Shown here: piece after piece, positions 1 through 12,748 of the stretch
Numbering within the stretch: the stretch's first letter is position 1
How the letters are laid out: each line of letters opens with the position of its first letter
Assembly: GCF_006345805.1 (NCBI RefSeq)
Contig: NC_043005.1
Location: forward strand, 79,174,001 to 79,238,000
Source of the DNA: Octopus sinensis
Taxonomy: Eukaryota
DNA: 64,000 nucleotides
Reading direction: 5' to 3'
Notes under the pieces: model-generated
The model's input: the letters and a program-made list of their open reading frames with translations, nothing else
Told to the model about the DNA's origin: nothing
The model's database searches: none
Program-made: the position numbers and the translations under genes

Positions 1-72
1 TAAACAATTGTTATTTCGTCTTCTATCATTAGCACTGTGTTATTTTATATTGGTTCTGCGGCTACAAATACA

Positions 73-74
<2 letters not shown>

Positions 75-129
<55 letters not shown>

Positions 130-243
130 GTCTTTGTTAATGTTAGACTGCTTTTAAAACTAGTCAAAAATAATAGCAATATTTTTTTTTATTATTTATG
201 AGTAATAAAACTAATAAAAGCAAGTTACAAAAGCAACTGCAAT

Positions 244-276
<33 letters not shown>

Positions 277-320
277 AATAATAATAATAATAATGATGAT
301 GATAATGATGATGATGATGA
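75..320. repeat. Compound trinucleotide microsatellites (ATT)n, (ACA)n, (AAT)n, (GAT)n
   Basis: Directly visible runs. Confidence 0.9.
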
Positions 321-2289
321 ATTCTTGGTTTTATTTCCTCAGATCATGAATAACAGCGATAATAAATAATAACAACAAACGATATTAAATAACTTGTAAA
401 TTTTATACATTGTATTCTGGGACAGTTTGTTTACTGGTGAAGTTTTGCTGGAGACTTTGGACAGATATTTTGAAATCTGTGCATTATTTCCCTTAACTGG
501 AGAACTCTTTAGAGGATTTTAGCGCTTGCGTTCCCCTTTTGTTGTACAAAGATCTTCTCGATTCTATTACTGTTCAAAGATTTCCTCTCAAATAAATCAT
601 TCTTTGTATCGTAGGCAGAGCAGATGTTGGAAACTGTTATTTGATATCGTTTTTGTGAGAATTTTCAGAGTTTCCATATTTATTGTATTATATCTTTCAA
701 TATCGTTTTCATTAGCAAATTTTTTCATCTGCTTTTTATTTATATATATTTAGTCGTATATTTTATTTACTTATTTTATCTCTCTTTTAAAAGGAAAAAT
801 CACAAAAGTAATTTTTTTTTCTTGTGGTGTACTCATTTTTCTTTCTTGTATTTTAATATAAGATTCATTCATTAATGTTACAGTAGAATATTTTTTCGGC
901 CAATATTTTTTTGTCTGCTCGTTGCTTATTATTTCATATTTTAAATCTGCTTCCTTTAACTTATAGAACCAATTTTGTTCCGTTTCAAATAGAGGATAAA
1001 AAATACAAATTTTATTCTTATAAATTTCTTGAAAATAACCGGAACTTTATGAAAGTTGAGTGTTAGACTCTGATTTTTTCCAAGGCTTTTGTGAAGAATT
1101 ACTAGCAACAAAGATCTTTACTTTCTTTTCAAATATGTTCAGCAGTTGTTGTTGCTTGCCATTATTATTATCATGATGATGATGATGATGATGATCATTA
1201 TTATTATTATATTATTATTATTATTATTATTAATTTATTTTCCTCTTGCAAACTTCCTTTTCGGGTGTGTCTTTCATTGATTTTTCTGTTTATATGCTAG
1301 GAATTAAACAGATCGTAAATGTATATCTTTTCATGTAAATTCGAAAAACTAAAGGATTGTTAAAAAAATCGAAAGAAATGTTCTTTGATATGAGAAATCA
1401 CATCAAGCGAACTCCATTTAATCATAAAGAATGGTGTATTTTTTTCAAATAATTCAATTAAATCTACAAATTCGTATAGCATTGTTGATGCCTTTCAACG
1501 TATTTTCTAGAAGAGTTGTAAATAACCAACTGGAAAGGCCCCCAGGAAATTACTGCTAGGTATTCTAACCAAAGACGAAATAATCGAATGCATAAAGGCT
1601 GTTTAATTTTCTTTTCTTCTTGCTAAACATAAAAGCAGCTGATGAAGTTAACGACTGCAATAGCTGATGTGATCTACACAGAAGCACCAGCTTCCATTAC
1701 GATCATGAAACTGTAAATTCTGGCTCTTTATGGCACGGAATAGGACGATACCCCACGAAGACACAAACAGGAAGCCATATCGATTGGTGCTTACGGTTAG
1801 GTAACTGGCAGAAAGTCCATTATTTTCAGCCATAAACACAAAATGATGTAACTGCTCGCTTTTGTATCTCCAAAGGAGTATAATCAGACAAATTATGCCA
1901 CCGAAAGCCTATTCGCGGCTTCAAAGAACTAACCGTTATTAAACACATGACAGATGAAGTCTACCATTTAAGAATTGAGAACGCAAAGGGTCAGAATGCC
2001 ACAACGCACCTCATCCAATGTCTAAGGATTCAATGAATCTTATTTCCCTGAGCTGGTACTTTATTTTATCGATCTCCTGAAAATATTGAGGACATTGTTG
2101 ACCTCAGGTCGCTCAGTGTACGAACAAATATTGCTATGCATTAGTGTCTTCTTAGTTCATTCACCGCTTTACATAATTTCACTTGTTCTTCGATATGTAT
2201 TTAATATTTTAGAGAGTGGCAACCGTAATACAATTGTGACGTAAGGAAATTAAAAAAATTATTTCAGCTCTAGGACAAATAAGGCATCT

Positions 2290-3340
2290 TACCCGGTTTC
2301 CGTGGCCTGTAAGAAGGCGAGCGAGATCACAACATCCTTCTGGTTCATTGCAGTGTTCAATGCCAGCGATCTTCGAGGGGACATCTTTTCAGTGGTTTAC
2401 TTTATCAACCACAAAGTGATGGAAGGCAAATTTTACTTCAGTCAGATTTGAAACCAGAACATAATGAGCCGGAAGAAATTCCATTACGTATTTTAACCGG
2501 CATACCAACGATTCTGTCAACTTATTGCCTTACCTATCATAAATATAAGATATTATGATGTCGGTATGAGTGAATGTGTCTGACATCAGTCAAAACAAGA
2601 CCAGTACATACTTATCAACCTGTGGGGGAATGAAAGCAAATTTACAGAGGAATGATTATGAATTCAGATACAAGACAGAAAAAGAAACAATAATTTCTAA
2701 TATTGCCATAATGCCACGAAAGGAGAGACGCATTAAAATATCTTAATCATTCACTAATGCTTTATTTTATTGAAGCCCGAGCGTTGAGAAATAAATCAGA
2801 GCTCAGTAGGATTCGAACTTAGAACGTAAAGATCGAAAATAAATAACACAGTGTATTTTGTCCGACGTTCTAATCAGTTATTCTACCACACACCCATTTC
2901 TTCCTCTTCACTATGGTTATCTATATTTTTTCAAATTTCGGTTCAAGGCCAGCAATTTTCGGTGGGAGTAAGGGGGTAACTCGATTACATCAATCTCCAA
3001 CGCTTAACTTGTAATATTTTATGATGAGAAAGAGAAAGTTGAGGTTGGTGGAAAAAAAGCCGGAAACAAATACAACCAAGCATTTTGTCCTTCGCACTGA
3101 CCATTCTGTCATATGCCCGCCTTTTGTATTTACAAATATTTCTTTCTTATTTCATCACTAGCCCAGCAAATTTTTAGTGGGGAGAGGAACTCGATGACAT
3201 CGACCCCTGTGCTTAACTGGTACTTTAATTCATCAACCTCGAACTGATGAAAGACAAAATGAAACCCTGAATGTAAATCGCCGGAGAAAAATCCGCCGTC
3301 CGTTTTGATCGATTCACTAACGATTCAACCAGATCGCCAC
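2290..3340 (-). mobile_element. Cluster of old, degenerate tRNA-derived SINE copies
   Basis: Repeated decayed matches to the motifs seen intact at 48084-48682 (gtacttatttttatcgaccccgaa..., gaactcagaacgta). Confidence 0.5.
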
Positions 3341-3979
3341 TTTCGAGTTCGCGAATAACAGCAACAAAATTTATGTAGTCTTCATTCTGACGTGTTACAC
3401 ATTCTATTATTATATTCCTTTACACCCACAAAGAGCATATAAAAGGCAGTTGTATGATATAAATGATAGTAAAACCAAAAATCTTTAGAGTAGGCCTCAG
3501 TATTTGTCTGGTAATTATTTTAACAAACATGGAATAACGAAAACCAAAATGCTTTCGAGTAAAGAATGTTAAGAGGTATAATGCACAAGCGCATTCACTA
3601 CATCTCGAAATCTCTCTACGTTCAGGAATAGACGTTTATAAAATTTGAAAAACAATTGTATATTATAATAAAACGTTTATATTTTGGGGGATTTACGAGA
3701 TGACATCAAGGTTTTTTCTTATATTTCCACACCTCAAAACCTTGATAAATATATCAAAATACATTATATAATCATATCTTTAGACAATACATCATTAAAT
3801 TAGCCTTATTGATTGCCTTAATGGCGTTTGTTAGCTTCAATTACGTGTGCATCTGCATTATTTAAAACTACATACACCTCCATGTACATATATATATATA
3901 TATATAAATATTTGATAAATATTTGTATATATATGTATATATATCTATCCATCTATTTACCTCACTCTCTTACTCTCTA

Positions 3980-4019
<40 letters not shown>

Positions 4020-4592
4020 ATCAACAATTGCTCCTACATTTATCTTATCTACAATGAAATATTACATGTATGGAATAAGTATTAGAATTATAATGCGAAA
4101 AATAATAGAGAAAAGAAAACAAAAGAAACAAAAAACAAAAACAAAAAAACAAACAGAAAAATTATAAGAAGAAAACAAACAACAACCCTAAAAGACAGAA
4201 TGAAAGAAACCTAAAATGGAAATAAATGTATTGATGCGTATTTTGAAAGAATATTTGTAAGAAAGCATTGCATTGAAACATGGGTTAAACAATACAGAAT
4301 AAGAGAGTTAATATTTATAATTGCATGTAAAGTTGTTGTTTTTCTTTTCTCTGGATTACGTTTGTTTCGTCAGTTTATTATACACCACTTGGCTTACGAT
4401 CAGGTGTTATGCGTGTATAGAGAAAACTAATAATTGTCTTTGTTCCTATTAAGATGAGTTCAGTCAGTTGAAATTGAAAGCCGGGGTGGAACATTAGTGT
4501 AATGGCAGTACGTAACCATATTCATGTTTTAATATCACTTGTTTTGATAAATGTGTATGCGTCTGTCGATGTATGAGAGTGCATGTATAAAA

Positions 4593-4594
<2 letters not shown>

Positions 4595-4674
<80 letters not shown>

Positions 4675-5090
4675 CTCTATCTCTCTATCTCTCTAACTAT
4701 CTAACTATCTGTCTGTCTCTCTGTTTGTCTGTCTGTCCGTCCGACCGTCCATCCGTCCATCCATCCATTCATCCATCTATCTATCTATCTATTTATCTAT
4801 CTATTTATCTATCGATCTATCTATCTGTCTATATAGTTATCTATCTATCTATCTATTTCTCTATCTGTATAGATCAGTATACACACACACACACACACAC
4901 ACACGCATATATATATGTACATATATATATCTATATATATGCATGTATATATGTATGTATATATATCTATATACATGCATACATACATACATATGCATGC
5001 ATACATATATATATACATAATAAATGTATGTATGCAAATATATATGTGTGTATGCATGCATGTATCTATGTATGTATGTACGTATGTATG
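4595..5090. repeat. Compound (CTAT)n/(CCAT)n/(CA)n/(TA)n/(TATG)n microsatellite
   Basis: Visible runs; explains ORFs 4551-5168 etc. Confidence 0.9.
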
Positions 5091-6424
5091 CTTTCATTGA
5101 TCATGCAGCATAAGATTCTGAAAACTCCCGCTGAGCGTATTTTTGTTATTCAGCCTGAGTGTTCTTAACTAAAATTGTTTATGAAGTTCAGTTATTTGAA
5201 ATGATTCTGTATTAATAGAGCTAGTATTGTGATGGCAACGACATGATCTCAATTTGCTTTTGGAAATTTATCTTAACATTTCAATTCGCTGTTAATTTCA
5301 AATGTATTTCAACAAAACTATTTTGAAAAAAATTCAATAAGACTTTCTAATTGTTTATTTAGAGATGATGCAAATATTTAAAAGCGGTGTTCATACTTTT
5401 GCATGGCATTCAATGTTTTATTCACAACTACACATATCCCATTTATATCCATGGAGATGAATTAGGCTTTTAAAGATAAAAGAATATTTAAATTCTTTCT
5501 GGAGTATTAGTTGTGTACCAATATCTTCAAACACCTGCAGATATTTATGTACAATAATAACAGTTCTCGCAAATACGATCATTAATCCATACAGAACACC
5601 CTTCATATAAATACACATATATACGTATATAGATATATGTGTGTTTGTGTGTGTGTGGGCATGTATATTTGAAAAGTTTTACAGCAAACGATTATTTAGC
5701 TTAAATATAAGATTTTTACAATCATGTTTAAATAATTAATTTTCTAGCTGTAGGTAAAGAAGTGCTATAGGTTTTAAAGGAAACGTCAAGTCAGAATTAA
5801 TTAAAAATAACACTAAGAGCAGAAAGGGAGCAGCTGCATGTGTCACAGCCGAAAAATTTGATAACAAATGCTGCATAGCGTAATCTATTAGACACCATAA
5901 CGCGTATATATCTATGTATATACTTTGGTATCCAAGGTACAACATGTGTTGTTTATGTAATGTTATGATAAATAAACGATAAATGAAAATATTTATCACA
6001 CGTAATTTTTATAAGTTTAAAACTGAATTGCTCCGTATTTTCTTGCAGAAGTCTTGCGTAACCTCAAAATATCTATGTACGAAGGCATTCCATTCATTAC
6101 CTTTCTATCTTATGTTCAAACATACCGGAACTGGAACCGTATTATCCAATCCGTATGCCATTGCTATTCTTTAATTGCTGGATAGCATAAGAAGCTGTTT
6201 AGTAGCTATTTCTAGGAGTCTGAGTGAGAATATGAAAACTCGTTATTCTGTTCCATTCTCGAGATAAGCCTGTGTTTAGGTGCATGGCTTTCTGGCTAAC
6301 AAGTGGTTTCAGATTCATATTCACTGTGCAACTACTTGGAATGCTATAGCTCAGGACTGACCAATATGTCTTGTGAATAAATTCCGTAAACTGAAAGTGT
6401 GTGTAATGTGTGGAAACTAGTCGT

Positions 6425-6425
6425 T

Positions 6426-6491
<66 letters not shown>

Positions 6492-6500
6492 ATCTATCTA

Positions 6501-6576
<76 letters not shown>

Positions 6577-6618
6577 TGTATATATATATATAAATATAAT
6601 ATATATATAAATATATAC

Positions 6619-6656
<38 letters not shown>

Positions 6657-6737
6657 TATAATATATATAAATATGTATATATATAAATATATATAATATA
6701 TATATAATATATGTATATATATATATATATAAATATG

Positions 6738-6769
<32 letters not shown>

Positions 6770-6785
6770 AATATATATAAAATGA
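6425..6785. repeat. (CTAT)n-(CT)n-(TA)n microsatellite
   Basis: Visible runs. Confidence 0.9.
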
Positions 6786-6944
6786 GATAGGGGTTGAAAA
6801 TTCAACCCACCATGGGATAATATATATCCAATATACTGCTAGATAGGTACCCAACAAAATTAATACATAGATGTTAAAAATTGTCAAACAATCAGTTCAT
6901 CTATTGCATTATATGGGTGAAGGTAATAATATTACCGTAAATTA

Positions 6945-7379
6945 ATACTACAAAATTAGAGAATGGAGAAATATACTTAAATCAGTAAAACATCAACTAT
7001 CCGATGAAACTCAATCCATACTTTAATACACCATTACATATGAGTAAAGGCAATACATAAAATGAAATGAGATATACAGTAATAGTAAAAAGATAAAGAG
7101 ATATAAGTAAAAAATTATCAAATATGATATAAATCAAAACTGACAGCTGTTTCGGCAGTGAGGACAGTCATACCTCATTTAACCTATAAGCCATAAAGGC
7201 AGGTGATAATTTTTTACTTATATCTCTTTATCTTTTTACTATTACTGTATATCTCATTTCATTTTATGTATTGCCTTTACTCATATGTAATGGTGTATTA
7301 AAGTATGGATTGAGTTTCATCGGATAGTTGATGTTTTACTGATTTAAGTATATTTCTCCATTCTCTAATTTTGTAGTAT
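6945..7379. repeat. 176-bp apparently perfect inverted repeat (6945-7120 / 7204-7379) with 83-bp spacer; probable PLE-derived repeat
   Basis: Arms are reverse complements by eye; spacer holds CGAAACAGCTGTC on minus (7142-7154), the 3' half of a minimal HHR. Confidence 0.8.
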
Positions 7380-7529
7380 AAATATATATATATATATATC
7401 AATAATAATATAGGGTAAAATTAATAATTAATAATTTTACCAAGTAGTTCGGTATGTTAGAAGGACCATTATCGGTAAACAAAAAAATTATAATTATAAG
7501 CAAAATCTTAAATAGGGTTCAGCAAAAGA

Positions 7530-7906
7530 TATCTCCCAGACAGCTGTCTGGGAGATAAGCATAATTATAATTAGGGTTCAGCAAAATTGCTTCAACACAT
7601 ATCGAAATTTAGTAATAGCGGTTAAATACTATTCCACTAGTATAAGATATCTCCCAGACAGCTGTCTGGGAGATATCTTATACAAGTGGAATAGTATTTA
7701 ACCGCTATTACTAAATTTCGATATGTGTTGAAGCCTGGGAGATATCTTATACTAGTGGAATAGTATTTAACCGCTATTACTAAATTTCGATATGTGTTGA
7801 AGCCTGGGAGATATCTTATACTAGTGGAATAGTATTTAACCGCTATTACTAAATTTCGATATGTGTTGAAGCAACTTTGCTGAACCCTAATTATAATTAT
7901 GCTTAT
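7530..7906. repeat. Palindrome/tandem complex: two palindromes centred on GACAGCTGTC plus three 69-bp direct units (7666-7734, 7735-7803, 7804-7872)
   Basis: Palindrome centres at 7543/7544 and 7661/7662; left arm 7555-7661 is the reverse complement of the unit plus its continuation. Confidence 0.9.
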
Positions 7907-7971
7907 AAATATAAAATTTTTGTATATATATGTATAAAGATAGATAGGCAGAAATATTGATAGATAGCTCA

Positions 7972-8056
<85 letters not shown>

Positions 8057-8084
8057 CATCTATAGATATGCATAAATGTATGTA

Positions 8085-9332
8085 TCTGGTCATCCCATAA
8101 GTTCTGTCCGAATTTTGAATAAAGAAAGCAAGTGATCAATTGTTATATTTAATTGAAATTTAATCATCAATGTACTTTCCCTGATTATCTATGACTTCCT
8201 TCCATCTATTTACAAGCTTTTTAATTCCATCAATGTAAAACTCTTTTGGTTTCAAAGGAAAAAATCTGAAATGTCAGTTTCGACCTCCTCCTGGCTTGCG
8301 AAAGTTATGTCCTGCAAATGATTCTGTAAACTACGAAACAAATGGTAGTCTGAAGGAGCAAGGCTGCGAGAATAAGGTGGATGAGGAATTTTTTTCCAAC
8401 CAAGTACTTCGATCTTCTGTGATGTGATCTTTGCACTGTGGGGTCGCGAATTGTCCTGATGAAATATCACTCCTTTTCGCTAAATCGGGTCTTTGTTTCT
8501 TCAAAGTTTGGTTCAAACGCTCTTATTACTGAGAGTAGAATTCAGCATTGATGGTTGCATTAGGTGAAAACAATTCAAAGTGAAATACTCGTTTGCAATC
8601 CCACCAGATAGAGAGAAGAACCTTTTTTTACATGAAGTTCTTTTCTCAGTTGTGGTTCAGCTTTTTTCCTTTTACCAAGTCACTATTTACGGTGTTTAAC
8701 ATTTCTATAGAAGATCCATTTCTCTCCACCAGTCACAAGTCTATCCAAAAAGGGTGACATGTGTTCGCGAGAATGGAGAGAAGAGCAGATGTCAAATTGG
8801 AAGTTGTAGTTGCTTTCGGACAATTCATGAGGCACCCATTTTCCAAGTTTAGGAACCTTTCCAAGTTCTTGAAGATGACGATGAACAGATGTATGGTTTG
8901 CACTAAACTTTATTGCCAATTCTTCAACTGATAATGCAGGATTTTCTTCAAGTAATGCCTCAAGCAGCTTATAATCAAACTCAACTGGATGTCCTGTTCG
9001 ATGTTCATCTTCAAGGCTGAAATCTCCACTTCTGAATTTTGCAAACCACCTTCTGCAATTTCTTTCATTCAAGCATTCTTTCCCTTAAACTGAGTGTATG
9101 TTTTTTGTACTCAAAATGCATTATGTGCCTTAAATGGTGTTTGGATACATGTTAGAAATGGTTTTAATCAAAGAAATCTTGATTCTATTATTCTGTAAAA
9201 TAAAATTTAATTAGTTTAAATGTACATAAAGGCAAAAAATAATTTCTAATTCTATTAGACATTCTAAAATACTATTAAATTTCATTCAATTTCGAAAAAG
9301 GTAAAATCGGACAGAACTTATGGATGACCTGA
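8085..9332 (-). mobile_element. Near full-length mariner (Tc1/mariner, DD34D type) DNA transposon, about 1.25 kb
   Basis: TIRs TCTGGTCATCCCATAAGTTCTGTCCGA / TCGGACAGAACTTATGGATGACCTGA flanked by TA; transposase motifs inside. Confidence 0.92.
8160..9150 (-). pseudogene. Frameshifted mariner transposase
   Basis: WVPHEL, LVTGGEKW (TGDEKW), FHQDNSRPH, PHPPYSRSLAPSDYHLF, C-terminal RWKEVIDNQGKYI, spread over several frames. Confidence 0.9.
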
Positions 9333-9342
9333 TATATATATA

Positions 9343-9391
<49 letters not shown>

Positions 9392-9441
9392 TAAATATTT
9401 GTTGTGCAAGATTTTTTATGTGAAGTCGTGTGTTGAAACAG

Positions 9442-9672
9442 ATATTGTTATATTTCGGAATGGTCATATTGCCAGTTTAGCCAATAAAATAATAGAATAG
9501 AAAATAAACCTAGCCTGAATAGAAAACTAGAATGGGGCAATAGCACACACCACAACATATGACGATAGAGGATCCTGAAAGCATAATAAATACACAGATA
9601 AATAAACAAATAGAAATGAATAACTATATATATGTATATATATCTATGTATGTATATGTATGTATCTATCTA

Positions 9673-9709
<37 letters not shown>

Positions 9710-10239
9710 GTATATATATGTGTGTATATGTATATATATGTATATATATATATTTTTTTTTTCGATTAGATTTATTATTATTATTACTAATATTGTTGTT
9801 ATACATACATACAAGCATATGTAATGATAATAATGGGTGGATGTAAACACATGAACAAGATTAGAACAAAAGCAACAACAACAAAAACAAAATACAAATT
9901 ACATGAATGTATATAAACAGAAGATACAAATATTACAGGCACCCCCCCACACACACACTAAATAAACATAGACGCACATAGAGATATAAGCATGCACAAA
10001 TAAAGACATACCATAGAAATACAAAATGGCTGACGGTTAGTAAGGAGAGACACAAATAAGTGAGAAGAAAACAAAGGACCACAGATGCAATCACAGGAGT
10101 GTGACGAAAGAACTTTGGCCGAAATAAGATTAAGATTAATGTAAAAAATAAATATCACTGAAGCAAAATAACACCAAATATATAGTGCGTGTGTTTTTAT
10201 TGGCTAAACTGGCAATATGACCATTCCGAAATATAACAA

Positions 10240-10242
<3 letters not shown>
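9442..10242. repeat. 48-bp perfect inverted repeat pair (9442-9489 / 10195-10242)
   Basis: atattgttatatttcggaatggtcatattgccagtttagccaataaaa and its reverse complement. Confidence 0.75.
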
Positions 10243-10280
<38 letters not shown>

Positions 10281-10669
10281 CACATACATATACAGATACA
10301 TATGCATATACATATGTGTGTACATCTATGTTTTTGCGGTTGTGTTTTTACCTTCATACCACAACCAATGTTCATCCGTTTGCGTTTTTATAACGTAGTG
10401 ATTAGGCAGAAAGATCTATAAGCGAAGTACCAAGAATGAAAATAAGTACTGAGGGCATTTTTTCCGCCTAAAGCCTTCAGACAGATGTCTCAACATGGTC
10501 AGAGTACAATAACTGAAATATGTCGAAGATATAAAAACAGAAAAGGTATTAATCAACAGATGAAATCTGGTGTCGGTGTCACCTTTACCTCGCCGGATGA
10601 GTATAGTGAAAGCAAGATGTCCCAAGAAGGAAAAACGAAGAGGAGAAGAAAAGTGAAGAAAAAATACCT

Positions 10670-10890
10670 ATTCCTTTATTACCCACATGGGGCTAAACAC
10701 AGAGAGGACAAACAAGGACAGACAAACGGATTAAGTCGATTGTATCGATCCCAGTGCGTAACTGATACTTAATTTATCGACCCCGAAAGGATGAAGGGCA
10801 AAGTCGACCTCGGCGGAATTTGAAATCACAACGTAACGGCAGACGAAATGCCGTTAAGAATTTCGCCCGGCGTGCTAACGATTCTGCCAG
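10670..10890 (-). mobile_element. tRNA-derived SINE (family A)
   Basis: Same body as 48084-48682; B-box-like gatttcaaattcc on minus. Confidence 0.8.
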
Positions 10891-11420
10891 TTCAGAAATA
10901 AATACCGAAGAGGTAGTACCAACGAAAGAGACAGACAGAGTAGAGGAACCCTTCACAGTAGTAAACACGAGGAAGAGAAAGGAATTGGTGAATTCTCTCC
11001 CAAACAGTAAAAAAAGGCTAAAGGAGACTGTGATGGAAGAAAAGAGAAATAGGTGTGAACCACCAACAGAAGCAGTGGTGAAATGAGCCACACGGGAAAA
11101 AACAGCATTATAACAGGGAGAAAAATGAAGCGTTCATAAAATTGGTTGTGATGTTTCTGCACGCCCGAACAGATCAGGACGGGAGCCGAAGCAAGCTGAA
11201 GGGAAAAGGAAGAGATATAAGTGGCATTTGGTCACGTATTCCAAAAGTAAAGAAATAGAGAAAACGATTGTGAAATTTAAATCGGTAACAAGAGTAAAGC
11301 TGCTGCCAGGAAAATACCCGGAACACACTAAAGGAATAGTCATGGATAAAGAGAGATATTTGAAATTAAGAGAGATGTATGAACTTTTCATAGACCCCGC
11401 TGGGGGTTGAAGTCGAGTTT
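10890..11420 (+). mobile_element. Possible LINE ORF1-like fragment
   Basis: Purine-rich frames (PFTVVNTRKRK; KFKSVTRVKLLPGK) resembling ORF1 N-termini; no diagnostic motif. Confidence 0.25.
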
Positions 11421-11814
11421 GACGAGCTCCTACCGGTCATGGAATTAGAAGATTTGAAACCCTTTAATAACATTTAAAAATAAGTAAAATTTGTATTTCA
11501 TAAAGAAAAGGGGAAAATAGACTGTTAAAATGTATAAAAAAAAAAGAAAAAAAAACGAAAAAAAAACAACAAAAGACTAAGAAAAAGAACAAATTAAAAA
11601 ATGGAAAAAGAAAAAAGACTGTAAGAACGTTTAATTGTAAAAAAATAATCGCGGTTTCGTCTCGGAGCGGAACCGAGAAAACCGTCTCATATTCATTATA
11701 ATTTAATTCATTGTAATTCATTCTTTCATATGTTTTTTTGTTCCCGCATGTGTGTGTGTGTCCTTGCTGAACTCAGACCTTGTGCCTCTAATAAAGAGAT
11801 AAACTCGTGATTGT

Positions 11815-11861
11815 CACACGTTGATGACGGGTCAATATACCCAGAAACTCGAGTCCGTGTG
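11815..11861 (+). ncRNA. Minimal type-I hammerhead ribozyme motif in a PLE-like repeat (about 11760-12000)
   Basis: CACACG-TTGATGA-C-GGGT/CAATAT/ACCC-A-GAAA-CTCGAG-TC-CGTGTG: 6-bp stem I, 4-bp stem II, palindrome ACTCGAGT, GUC site. Confidence 0.75.
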
Positions 11862-12524
11862 TATCATAGGTTGAAGACGGGAAGGATTGCTTCTCTTTGC
11901 AAATACTGATAGGGCCCAGAAAGCCAGCTGGAGGAGGTGTCTTCCTGGGGCTACAAGCTACAGTAGCATCCATCCTTAGGGGTTAACCACATTTAAGTTG
12001 CAAAAATACTTCACTATATAACCACACTTATATAAAAATATATATGTATTTTTAAATATGTAAATATATATATAAACGTATACACATGCACACATACACA
12101 CATATACACACACATATATAGACACATGCGTAATGAAAGACACAGAAGCATGTACTTCATTATTACCTGTCTGTACTTGATTTGTAATTAATCTGTCTAG
12201 TTTCTGCTTATATAATTATGTTGAATGTGTATATGTCTGCGTATCTTTCTATATGTATGTACATATGTGCCTGCACGCGTGACAATGTGACAGTGAGAGG
12301 GAGAGAGAGAAAGATAGTGAGAGACAGAGAGGAAGAGAGAGTCAAGGAATGAGAAAGGGTGGATGTGTGTGTGTGTGTGTGTGCATTTTCGTTTCATTCT
12401 CGTATTTTATAAACGCTACGGAAACGAAGAAATTCCTAAAGTAAATGCATTGGCATCACATATACCCGTACTGGCTTCAAACGGTATATTTAATATATAT
12501 ATATATTAACATTTGTTCCTTCTC

Positions 12525-12748
12525 GAACCATTCCTGGCTCATAGGGCCGGTTCCCAGGTTTCCGTGGCGTATAGGTTCCCCACCTGTACAGGACGCCGGT
12601 CAGTCGCAAGTGAGCTGCAAGATGCAGGGGCCGCGTGGAGCTTAGGTGTTGCGCTCATAAACACACACATCGCCCGATATGAGATTCGAACCGGCGATCC
12701 CTCGACCGCGAGTCCACTGGTCTGACCACTAGGCCATGTGCTTCCACA
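12525..12748 (-). mobile_element. tRNA-derived SINE
   Basis: Head GTGGAAGCACATGGCCTAGTGGTCAGA...GGTTCGAATCTC with A and B boxes, followed by a non-tRNA body. Confidence 0.8.

Noticed and set aside
400-1140. Purine-rich minus-strand stretch that looks protein-like
   Set aside because: All three frames are interrupted by stops and show no motif.
4398-4445. Possible 48-nt minus exon (GTKTIISFLYTRITPD, donor GTAAGC)
   Set aside because: Splice signals are fair, but it is short, AT-rich, unrecognised, and its phase (1-1) cannot join the 69-nt exon directly; not supportable without RNA data.
7666-7872. CRISPR-like appearance of three 69-bp repeats
   Set aside because: Units are contiguous with no spacers, there are no cas genes, and the context is eukaryotic.
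11645-11690. Hairpin containing GAAACCGCG on minus
   Set aside because: No CYGANGA-type core or GUH site in register; treated as a plain hairpin.
12690-12748. tRNA-like sequences (also at 43209, 45600, 47340)
   Set aside because: They have A/B boxes but no complete cloverleaf and continue into SINE bodies; they are SINE heads.
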